A DNA stretch of 64,000 bases. It comes from Eledone cirrhosa. Taxonomy: Eukaryota. Positions 1 through 11,779 of this stretch are shown here, one piece after another; position 1 is the first letter of the stretch; each line of letters opens with the position of its first letter. Position numbers and translations under genes: made by a program. Under the pieces are notes generated by a model, which saw only the letters and a list, made by a program, of their open reading frames with translations, had not been told where the DNA came from and did no database searches. The DNA lies in NCBI GenBank assembly GCA_964016885.1, contig OZ024741.1, forward strand, positions 169,508,001 to 169,572,000, given 5' to 3'.

Positions 1-454
1 ATCTGAAAACGCTGTACCTCACAGAGGAAATAACAAAGGAATGCAGTAGATGGATTGAAATTGGGCTGGAAAAGACCAGTCCAACCCATGCAAGCATCGA
101 AAAATGCATGTAAAATATATATATATATATGCAAAAAGTAAACAACACAGTACAATGAGGAAATATATTAGATTCATGCTTTATATAGTAGGAAAAGATA
201 TATATCATCATCATCATTAAACAGAATGGAAGGATGTTTGGGGGAGGACATCATCATCATCACCGTTTTACGTCCATTCTTCCACGCTAGCATGGGTTAG
301 ACGGGTTGTCCTGTTGTGGGCAATGCCAGGTCAGGTGACCTCATACAGAACTGATTTTGGCTTGATTTCTACAGCTGGATGCCCGAACAAGACACGGTCA
401 CCTGATCCATTAGAGTTGGGTCAAGTGACCATGTCTTGCTTATATATATATATA

Positions 455-790
455 TGGAGGCACATGGCTTAGTGGTTAGAGCATTGGCCTTGCAATCGAA
501 AGGTTGTGAGTTCAATTCTCAGACCGGGTGATGCGTTGTTTCCTTGAGCAAGACACTTTATTTCACATTGCTCCAGTTTACTCAGCTGTAGAAATGAGAT
601 GATAGGGACTGGGGTCCCTATCATTCCACTGCAAAGTGGTCGTGGAGGTGCCACGGTAAAAAAGCACCCAGCACTCACTGTAAATGAGGTTGGTGTTAGG
701 AAGGGCATCCAGCTGTAAAAATCAAGCCAGAATCAGTTCCCGTCCCACCTTTGCAAGCAGGGAAAAGTGGATGTAAAATGAAATGAAAAT
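455..790 (+). mobile_element. tRNA-derived SINE family B; other copies 16473-16820, 19252-19597, 36308-36725, 46358-46730, 57220-57562 (+) and 44528-44873 (-)
   Basis: A box TGGCTTAGTGG, B box GAGTTCAATTC, CORE-like CCTTGAGCAAGACACTT, RTE-derived 3' part, (ATG)n tail. Copies are near-identical. Confidence 0.9.
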
Positions 791-2123
791 GAAATACACT
801 GTCTTCTCCCAACCATCCTTCCATTGTTTCTCCACATTACACTGAGAGTCTTACTCTTTCCACTGTCAACATCTTGGACATTGCTCCTTTATATTTACAT
901 TCACTGTCAGGTTTATCTTGAAAGTATACAGACCACAAAGATTGAGAAGAATTATTTAGCCTTGCAGTGGACAAGACAGCTTCTTTAGTGTTGGTACCAG
1001 ATTAAATGCATCCAGTACATTCTGTAAAGTTGTTGTTTAAACAGTGACAACATAAGGTAGGGGGGATTCTTTATGGCACATTCTCTGGAACTGGTGTAGC
1101 AATAAAATACACCCAGTACCCTCTGTAAAGCAGTTGGTGTTACGAAGGACATCCAGCCATAGAAATCTTGCCAAAACTGGAACATACGAGTGAGAAGTGG
1201 TCTTCTTACTCATCTAGCAATTCAATAACTGATTAAGAATTGACTCAGACTACAACAATCCTCCAACCCATGCCAGAATGGAAAGTGGACATAAAATGAT
1301 GACACATATGTTTCATATTCTTGTTTTTCTAGAATGCTTAAAGTAAATGGCAACATTCCAGATTGTATTGTGAGATAAGGTGTCTTTTAATACAATTTAA
1401 TAAAAACTTGTTTTTTAAATATATAAATTTTCTAACAAGTTTTGTTTTAATTAATTAATGAAGAATTTTTAATGATTAATTATTTCATTATTACTATAGT
1501 AACTTAACACATGCTTTTAAATTAAAATTGTGTTGGGAAGATTTTAATTTAAATATGAATCTTTAAAATGGGTGGCTTTGTTTTAATAGAACCAGAGCCA
1601 GGTTTTGACTGGGTTGGTACCAAAATAGTTAATATCTAGTTAAAATTAGGATGTTGGGGACTGTCTTTAAAATGTAGGTGTGGACTCCACAATTTTCAGA
1701 AAATTGTACAATGGTTCTGTGACAAAATAACATTCAGAACCATTGCTGTAGAACATTAACATGATGTCACTATTATATTATTACCATTGTATGCTGTCAG
1801 CAACACTTAACATCATCATCATTATATAAAAGCTTATGGATAGTGTAATTGCAGAAAACTAATTTCAGTTTGATGATAAACAGTAAATAATATATTATAT
1901 CATAAACTGTATATAAGTTTTAACATTTGATATTTTTATAATCTGTGAAACAGTATATTTGTTGTTTATTATTGTTTTAAACTGTATAATATTAGATAGA
2001 CTGTGTGTGTGTGTGCATATATATATATATATATATATACATATAGTTGTGGTAAAACACTGGGAGGCTATATCCGTAGTAAGTAGAGCATTCAGTCCAT
2101 AGGACGAGTTCAGTATAAATTTC

Positions 2124-2213
2124 TTCCACAATAAATTAGCAAACCATACTCGAGAACGTGCGTTTCACCTAACGGATTTTCAACTCAAGTATGGTTTGCT
2201 AATTTGTTGTGGA
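2124..2213 (-). ncRNA. Candidate minimal type I hammerhead ribozyme with a ~30-bp stem I
   Basis: gag-UUGAAAA-uccguuaggu-GAAAC-gcac-GUU-cuc, closed by a long inverted repeat. Confidence 0.5.
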
Positions 2214-2685
2214 ACTATATATATATATATATATATATTATTAATCTGTGACGAACGTGTTCTTTCTTCTCCACCCCAATAATTTCAATGGATTACATTT
2301 TTTAACACAATATCTTTCTTCTTGCCTTTTTCTTTTCTTTATCTCCTTTTTTTTCAGTTTCACAAGATTATCGTTGCTATAAAAAGCACAATACCAACTC
2401 CTAGTCGCCACATAAAATTCTACTTGTACCTGATATGGCTTAATTGCTCTAAGTTATTGCTTTGTCTTGTCTTTTACTCTGTGTAAGATGCTGTGACCCC
2501 GGTCAAGACCAGCAGTGCCGTCATTAGAGGTCAAAACTGCTAAAGACTATCTCAATGGAGTGCTGTGCTTTTTGTTTGTTTTTTTATTTTATAAAAATCT
2601 TCTTAAGGTTTCCTCCTTAAAAAAAATATTTTCGTTCTACCTTGTTGTCTTCTCTTTGTAAAATTTTCCTAATTTTATTTTATTT

Positions 2686-2724
<39 letters not shown>

Positions 2725-4201
2725 TATGCATGCAGGCATATTCACACACACACATAAGCCTGCATAGTTACATCAATTTACAGTGACCTCATCAGTTTTG
2801 GAGGTCCTGTAAAGGTCATGGGAACAACCCTCACCCCCTCCACAGTATAAATCACAACAATTTAAAAACACACATTTTTCTTCCCCCACATCACGCACAG
2901 ATATCCAGTTTAAGTTTGAAAAGTCAGCAAAACTTGATACTACTGTATTATGAACTGGAAATGTATACAGGACATACCTAACTCAATACAGCTACTACTG
3001 CACCATTTCAGCTACCACCAATTTCCTATAGTCACGACGACCACTCTCACACAGCCATTACCACCACCATAGCATTACAGATCTAACCACACCACCAAAC
3101 CAATGAAGAAACATCTACATAGTGTGATTTAAAAGACATTTGGCTGCTATTTCTTACAGATTCTAGAGACTCCCTTTTAGCTCATGGTCAAAACTGATAA
3201 CTTAACATTGGCACATAGAGCTTTTAAGGTGGTGTAATTGATTGAATGGTGAACTATTGTGCGACAGCAGATGGAGATGTAAGAAAAAGATGCCATTTTT
3301 CTTTTAACATTTAAACTATTATTTATCATATAAGACAATAAAGAAAAAAACAATAGTATCAAAATAGTGTTTTATTAGAAGGTTATAGGAATGCAAATGC
3401 AACAATAAATGTTAAAAATATAATGATTACAATGATGTTTGGATATTACCTTGGTGTGGATTAATGGTCCTTATTCTTTTGAAGGGATTTTCCCCAAAAA
3501 TATAAGGATCGTTAAACTCTAAGGCAACATCCCAACATCTTTGTTATTATATGTTTAACATTTATGTCCAATTGGCATTGCTGTAGCTTTCTAAAACATT
3601 TTCTACACTTTACACAATGTTTCAAGCAAACTACAACACCCTCTACTAGTATCAAATTTTGTAGCCTAGTAAGGATTATTAGTGTGATGAGAATTACAAC
3701 TGAGGTAATTGACTTTTAGTGCTTTTCTTCATCTCTTAGTCAAGAAGAAAGGCAGTGTTCATACTGCTTTCAAAGCCTTTGGCGGGAGGAAAGTATCCTT
3801 AACCCATTAGCATTTAAACCGGCCGTATCCGGCCAGAATTCTGTCTCCTCTTTCTGTTCAAACCGGCTGTAACCGACCGCTCATATCATTTGATAATCTT
3901 TATGTTTAGATGTCTGTGATCACTGGTTGGAGCCAGTTCAACTCAAGGTGAAGCTCAACATGTGTATAAGTACATAAGATTAAGTAGAAGATATTAGAAG
4001 ATGAAGTAAAAAAAATGAAGAAGAAATTAGAAGAAAAGAGAAGATATTTTTTATTTTACTAACTAAGTCATATATATTATTATCTACAGCATTTGTAATT
4101 CTAAATGAGCTCATATCATTTCAAGGTCAGACCATGCCTTTTTAAAGTGATTTTTGAAATTTCAAAATGAGATTTCATGATTTGAAATTGAGATTATTTA
4201 A

Positions 4202-5072
4202 TCTATATATATAAAACTGTGGTTGTCTGTCTGTCTATCGATTTTTGGCACACATCTCCTCTTAGAATCTCTCACGGAATTGCACCGAAATTGCTATACT
4301 TGTACATTGAGCCCTAGCGAAGACATCGGAAAAAAAAATATTTCAAATTGACCCACCCTATGTGACGAAATCGAATATAATGTATCGATTTTTGAGCGTA
4401 GGTTATCAGTTATTTCCCTTTGTTCTGTTTACATTGAGCGTCTTACGTAAAAAATTACGCTGGCTTTCTCAGCGTTTAAAATGACATTAACACAATACAC
4501 GAACAGTTGAACACTAAGCTTCCGTTTTGCTTCATTTCCATTTAAAAGCATTTTAAAACAATATTTTTACTTGAAAACAAGTCTATTTAAAGAGTACGTA
4601 AAACAAGCAAATATTTCGTCGTTAGGCGTGCAGACAGACAGTCGTGCAGACAGACAGTCGTGCAGAGAGGTGATATACGCGTGCAGACAGACAGTCGTGC
4701 AGAGAGGTGATATAGGCGTGCAGACAGACAGTCGTGCAGAGAGGTGATATAGGCGTGCAGACAGACATAACTGATAATTTGGTTACGCTAATGTTTTTCT
4801 CTGCGTTGCAGTGTTTACATTTTCGATCTTTGTTAATAAATAACCAGTGCAGTTTTTATCCCCAGCATCCTCTTTTGTTATAACATTCGGGTTATCGTTA
4901 TGTTTTCTTAACTTCATAAGGCATATTGTTGGTTGAGGGAATATTAATCAAAAACACCACATGCAAGTCTGCACAGTAGACACTACAGTTTTTAAGCCAA
5001 AAAAGAAACTTAACATTGTAACTTTAACACAGCTACTGAGCGACCCCGAGCAACGCCGGGCTTTACTGCTAG
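4202..5072 (+). mobile_element. Non-autonomous Helitron (family A)
   Basis: A|TCTATATATATAAAA 5' end, GC hairpin CCCGAGCAACGCCGGG, CTAG|T 3' end, no TSD. Confidence 0.8.
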
Positions 5073-7339
5073 TAGTAAATATAACATGAAAACAATGTAA
5101 CATCATTCGTAGTGGTAACAATAATGGAAGAATTCTATAGAAAACAATCTATTACGACTTCTATGAAAAAATGTTTTAGTTGTGAAGATACTACATTATG
5201 TATTCTTGGCTAATTAAATCAAGCAAGTTAGGTTTTGTTTAAGAGACTTGAACTCTGTATCAAATTGTTATTCCCACATTGAAGTGAAATACTATAGTTT
5301 TTGAATAGAAACACACTAAATATGACAATGAATTACAAAGATGATGGTGGCAGTGGTGGGTATTGTAGTTGTGATGACAATTTAATGACACAGTATTTGA
5401 AACAGCTATGTAGCTCCCTTATTATCAGTAATCTTAATCTGATAATTTTTCACCATTATTCTAAAGATAAAAAAAAAAGACCCCTCAACCCAACACCACC
5501 ACAGTCACCAATGAGTGAGACTATGTAGTGGGTGGTCTATTGAACTCAGAACACGACAGCTTCTTAATTTATCCCATGAAAGTAGTGGAACAAAATGCTA
5601 AACACTCCACCCTACCTACAAACCACCAACTGAGGTTTGAACAAAGAGCATTGCAGAAAGATGGAACAATCTTGAGTAAGACAAAATCCGGAAGTGTAGG
5701 CATTTGTACATACATACTATCATCATCATAATAATTTCTTTTATTGGTCATAAGGGTTTAGGATGTTGGGTACAGTAGGAGAGAATAAAATACATAGAAC
5801 AAGGACATGGGAGGGGGGTACATTGTGTAAAAGGATGGGTTCAGCAATAACAATAAGGACACTTAACACTTTCGTTATCATACTGCTAATGAAATACATA
5901 GCCTATGTGTTTCAATATATTTTTTTAAATAATAAAAAAAATTTGGAGGAATTTCATAAAATAACTCTTTCACTAGTAAGCTGATGTTTGGAACATTAGG
6001 TAGGATAAATCAAAATCTTCTGCCATAATTGTGTCTTAACTCTAGGCCAACCCTGATTATTTCATATCTAAGACCACATTATATAATGTCTGTGGATCTA
6101 GGCATGGCTTTGCAATCATGAGGTCCTGAGTTCTGTCAACTGTGTGGCATTTTGGGCAATACCTTTTAGCATATAGCCTTGGGTAAATCAAAGCCTCGTG
6201 AGCAAAATTGAGTAGATGGAAACTGTATAGAAGCCTATCAGATAGATTGACCATATGTTACATTGTATCTCTTTGATTCCACCTGAGATTTACAACATGG
6301 ATATACATGTCTGTAGAATACTCAGCCACACTGTAAACGTGGTTGGTGTTAGGAAGGGCATCCAGCCATAGAAAACCTGCCAGACAGTCCTATACGAGCA
6401 AGACAACCAATCTTGCCTCAAGTGGGAAAACTCCCGTCCAAACCCATGCAATCGTTGAAGATGGACGTTAAACGACGATGATCATGATGATGATGATGAT
6501 GATGATACATGTCAATTTAATGAGTTGGATTTTCAGTTAATTTAATTTAATAGAGTGCTGCTCATTGAAAGTGACAGAAGATTCATTATCTAATGTGTCT
6601 TTTCTTTATTTAAATGTGGTAGAATGCTGCTATTTCTAGCAGGTTAAGCAACCATATAGAAGCTCCTTCAATTTGTTACCATAACTGATGTTATTTCTAT
6701 GAGCCCTTACCTTAACCCTTTCCTCATCACATTTCTAATGAAAGAGACTGCCTATGATTTTCAAATAATTTTGAAAATAATCAAGAATCTGGATCAATTT
6801 AATAATTGTTTCTACTTTAGGCACAAGGCCAGCAATTAACCAGTACATTACTTGTACTTTATTTTATCGACCCCGTAAGGATGAAAGGCAAAGTTAACTT
6901 CGGCGGGATTTGAACTCAGACTGTAATAATGTAACAATTTAATAATGTAACTAAGCTGATGTTTGGAACATAACTTAAAAATGGTCTTACATAAAATAAT
7001 GATGGAAGGTTTTTTAGATAACATACATTTCAAATAAACAGCTAAGTATAGTAGAAGTAGGGTTGGTATCAAAAGGATAAATAAAGTCAAGGCACATTGA
7101 CTTTTATGTTGTGAAGTTCTAGCAACAATATAGAAAAAGAATTTTAAACACGAAGTACACACCCTTCAGAGGGTCAATTTGAATACTCTGAACGGGGCAA
7201 TGTTTCTAGTTTTTTCTATTATATTCTATTAACACCAAAGGTGTTTTTATACTGAGTGGAGTAAGCAATATTTTTAGGAGTCCTTGTGGAGTACGGAGCA
7301 AAAAAGGTTAAGAATAATTGACCTAGACTTACTATCTCA

Positions 7340-8450
7340 ATAGTCTGTCCAAGATCATAGTTTCATCTCTTCTATGAGTACATCATCATCATTAGGAGCT
7401 TCCTCTATGCAGATGATCTCTGCATTGCATCCTAGAAGCAATCTTTCGAGGAAGTGGAGATCCCACCCACCAGTGCTCTGGGCAGTCTTATGCCATACTA
7501 TGCTGTCAACCACCTTCGAGCCAACTCTGACAAGACCCAAATCAGTGCCTTCCAACCTACAGAACAGGGAAGCTAACTGCCAGCTCAAGATCAACTGGTA
7601 TGGAAAATGGTTAGAGTACATTTCCAATCCTATCTACCTTGGGTCACTCTGGACTGGTCCCTTACATTCAAGTACCATATTACACAGACGAAAGCCAAGG
7701 TCGGATCAAGAAACAACATCCTAAAGAAGCTGGCTAACACCAAATGGGGTGCCCATGCCGGTACAATCTGCACCACAGCCCTAGGCCTTTGCTACTCCAC
7801 TGCAGAAACTGCTTCACCAGTGTGGCGCAGATCATCACATGCAAAGAAAATCGACCCTGCCCTAAACACCTCTTGCAGATCAATCACTGGGTATCTCAAG
7901 CCAACCAAGGTGGATGACCCCTACTTTCTTAGTGGCATTGTTCCCCCTCACATCAGAAGGAGAGTCTACTACCAGCTTGAGAAGTTGAAGCAGGAAACTG
8001 ATTCTCGTTATCCACTCCATGACTGTGGACCAATGACAAAGAGACTCAAATCAAGAGACAGCTCCTACACTCAGTCAAACCACTGAACAACAGAGCATCT
8101 AGTCAGTACCAGTCCCTGTGGTGCAGCCACCTTAACAATATGGAATACAGGCTCTCTCGCAGCCATACAGAATCCATCCCCACTGGCTCCAGTGATGCCT
8201 AGCCCTACTGGTCCTGAATGAATCACCTCCTAACAGCTATTGATCGCTGTACAACCAACCATTAGAAATGGGGATATGTCACCGATGATGATTCCAACTG
8301 CCAATGCAGGCAATTACAAACTATGAAGCATCTTCTAGTTTACCCCAATCTTAAAGATTCATGAATACTTAACGACTTCGAAACCTTAACATTCTAGGCA
8401 AGGCTTTGTGTATAACACTGAATGGGTGTGGTGTAGCGACTTGATAAGAA
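7340..8450 (+). mobile_element. Ingi/Vingi-like LINE fragment (RT C-terminal part plus CCHC remnant)
   Basis: YADD-like, LGVTLD, RNNILKKLANTKWGA, TALGLCYSTAE..SPVW motifs, with frameshifts. Confidence 0.75.
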
Positions 8451-9707
8451 GATCATCACTGTTTTACAACTATTTTCAGTGTTTGCATGGGTTAGATGGA
8501 TTGTTATGTTCTTAAACTAAACAGGTCAATGACAACATTTTGCTCATATGAAACATTTCAGCATGCTTTCTATGACTGGACACTCTTCCTAATGCCTATC
8601 ACTTTACAGCGCGAGCTAGGTGCATTTTATCATAGCACCAGCCCTACCACTACTGCTTTACAGATTGAGATAGGTGCATTTTATTGTGACATCAGCATTA
8701 ATTCTATTAATTATTGACAACAGTGTATATAAATACAGGCAAAGTGTGCATGTACAGGTAAGGAAAGTTAATCCACATTAGAGGATGGAGGTGGGGATGG
8801 TTCAATAGAGCCTCTTAGTGTTCAAACACCATCATTCTTCTCCTATTAGCACACACACACACAAACTGCTGGTATTAGGGTCAGCAATAAACCCTGAATA
8901 ATAAGAGGAATTAATAAGTAGTACTTAAGCTGATAAAATATATATATGCAACTGTACATAAATATATGTGCGTGTGTATTGATTTGCATACATAGACATA
9001 CAAACATGCAGACAACCTTTATACATTTACAATATCTAGAAAAACGGTTGTTAAATGGTGAAGATAATGTATATGTGTGTGTATATATATATATATACAT
9101 AGGCAAACACATTGCCACATGCACACACACATATATGTGCATATCCACACCATATATATATATATATTTATATACACACCTACATATTCTGGTATATTCT
9201 CTGTAGAGATAAAGACACCAAATCCTACATCATTAATCCTCTTAGAGGTGTGATGGTGGTGATGTGTCATAAGCTGTAGAGTGGTGGACTAAATGATTGT
9301 GTAGTGGTTCAAATACTTTGAGTTCAAACCTGACCTTATGGTAACACTGTTCTTCATTGCTTGACACTTGATAAAATATATACTAGATAAGTCTCAAGAG
9401 AAGGAAGTACAATTCTATCAACTATACTATTTTCCTACAGATATCATCATCATCATCTTCATGAATATATATCATAGTTAAACTGTGAATACTTCTAATC
9501 ATCATCATGCTGGAATGCATTAAATATTTCTTCTGGTTCTCTGCAATCTTGCCAAGGTCCACTTTGCCCTCCATCATTTTGGGGTTGATAAAGAAACTAT
9601 CAGCTCAGTATTGGTGCAACTACCTCTCCTTCCCACTGTCACATCCTGAGATGTCCCACTGGATAAAAAAAGGAGGGTTCAAGTGGATATCTATGATTGC
9701 TCACAAC

Positions 9708-10016
9708 CAGGGTTGGATTTAGACCTTGGAAAACCCGGGACACCTCAGATTTTGGGGAGCTCCTCATACAATAAAAATTAGAAAACACAGCCCCCCCCCC
9801 CCCCCCCCCCTATTTTACATATGAAAATTAGCTTGGCACAAGTATTTAAAATTTAAAAGTTATACATTCAGGTATTAAAGTAAAAAAATTCTAACCATCC
9901 TAAAATTAAAAAAACCCAGCTGAGGGCAAAAATAAATTGCTACGGCTGTCGCTGGTGCACCCCCCCCAGTGCAGGGAGGGGGCAGGGACCCCCCCCCCCC
10001 ATTAAATCCAGCTCTG
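9708..10016. mobile_element. hAT MITE
   Basis: TIRs CAGGGTTGGATTTA/TAAATCCAGCTCTG, perfect 8-bp TSD CTCACAAC. Confidence 0.88.
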
Positions 10017-11131
10017 CTCACAACTGCACCTAAAACCCTTAGTGAACACATGATATGTATATACAATAATATGATATGTGTATTCATATAATTTCTTTTC
10101 TTTTATAAATATAACCCTTTTGTTACTATATTTCTAATGAAATAATACATAATATTTAAATTAGTTACTGAAAAATTTGGATAGCTTTACTGAAGTTATT
10201 AATTATTTCATTATTAACAAAAGTAAAACTATGTTGGAAAGTTTTGATTTAAATTGAAACCAGAGGCAGTTTTCAGTGGGTTGATATCATAAAGGTGAAG
10301 TCACATTTTTTTAGATCAAACAAATTTAAATCCTTTCTTCTCAAAGGTCAACCACTCAGGTAGGTGAAGCAATTTATAATATTGATCAACAGTTGATATA
10401 TACTGTATTGAATTACTTACCCTCCCCCACTGAACATGTATAATTTATTTCCCTACTTTGTTTAGCTCCAGGTCAGTTGTGATCCATACAGTCACTTGAT
10501 TAAAGACATTCTGGCCTTGACCATCCTGTCTTATTTTCAGATAGTGTATCAAGATATTATGCAATCTATCCTTGTATTCTTTATATATGTAGACACACAC
10601 ACAAACATATAGATATATTTAAAAAAAAAAACCCCACCTAGCAATATATATATCTCTATCTAGATATATTACAAGCACAAACATATGCAAACACATGTCT
10701 ATATTTAATTACAAATACATGTCACACAAATATACACATACATACATACATACATACATACACACACAATTATGACATAGCACTACATTCTTATACAGAC
10801 ATACATTCCCCCATTCATGTCTCCATTTCTCCACCCACTCAGAAATGGAAATACTGATTTTTCTCAGAGGGTGTGGTTAAGAAACCAACATATGACTAAT
10901 AATAACAAGAAAATGCCAGCAAGAACAAGAGTAGTACAGATATGAACCCCCCACTGACAATGACACCGAGTTGATGAAGAGATAGAAGGAACTTTCGTAG
11001 TAGATGCTATAGTAGTACTATTATTAATAGTCATATTACTGCATGGCTGTGCAAGATATCTATCTACATCATAAACATACATACAAGCACTTTCATATCT
11101 GTGTTTATATATATGTTACTGAAGGCATGTA

Positions 11132-11347
11132 TACTCTTGGGTCCCAGATAATAGGGGAGGAGTTGGAATAAGTGTAGGGTTGGAAAATTGGTAATTTTTC
11201 TAGGTGGATCTCCATTGACTTTTTTAAAACCCAAAATTTCTTCGGAGATAGATTAGCAAAATTTAATAAGAAAGGGAGAGGGTGGAAAAAATCTGAAAAG
11301 TTAAGTGTGTGTGTGGGATGTGGGGCATTATTCAAGACCTGAGAGTA
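11132..11347. mobile_element. TA-flanked MITE; sibling at 38177-38486
   Basis: TIRs TACTCT(C/T)(A/G)GGT...GACCTGAGAGTA in both copies. Confidence 0.65.
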
Positions 11348-11779
11348 TAAACACACACATACATAAATAGAAACACCTTCATACTAGTGTTCATATGACA
11401 AAGTACAGACGCTCTCAGAGAAAACTGGGTGTAAGAGGTATATGATATTGTGTACAAGAGAGAAGACTGCATAGTTGCAGAAATATAATGTGTATGACTG
11501 AAGTGTCAGGAGTTCAAGTGGTGAAAGCTGATTGCTTGGGGGTTGAACTTCACAAAGGAGATGAGAAAAGGACACAACAAGTGGCGAGACACTGTAACAA
11601 TGATGATTATGATGATGAGATATATATATATATATCATCATTGTTTTACATTAGCTTCTCATATGTTGGATGAGAGAAGTTAGAGAGACCAAGTCTTTTT
11701 TATATATTCTTTATTTTGACATGATTTCTACAGCTGGATGACCTTCCTAATGACAATCACTTCACATAGTTACTGATTG

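Noticed and set aside
455-530. tRNA gene (A and B boxes, GCA-like anticodon loop)
   Set aside because: It is a SINE head: no proper acceptor stem, and it always continues into the SINE body.
469-708. Recurrent 79-aa ORF MPFLTPTSF... (also 16487, 44620, 46371, 57234)
   Set aside because: It is the antisense translation of SINE family B, not a gene family.
3450-3520. Possible minus-strand exon (FNDPYIFGENPFKRIRTINPHQ) with AAG|GTAATA donor
   Set aside because: Weak acceptor and no recognisable homology, so it cannot be supported without RNA data.
5569-5751. F-box-like LPDFVLLKI peptide
   Set aside because: The rest of the F-box consensus is missing and there are no convincing splice sites.
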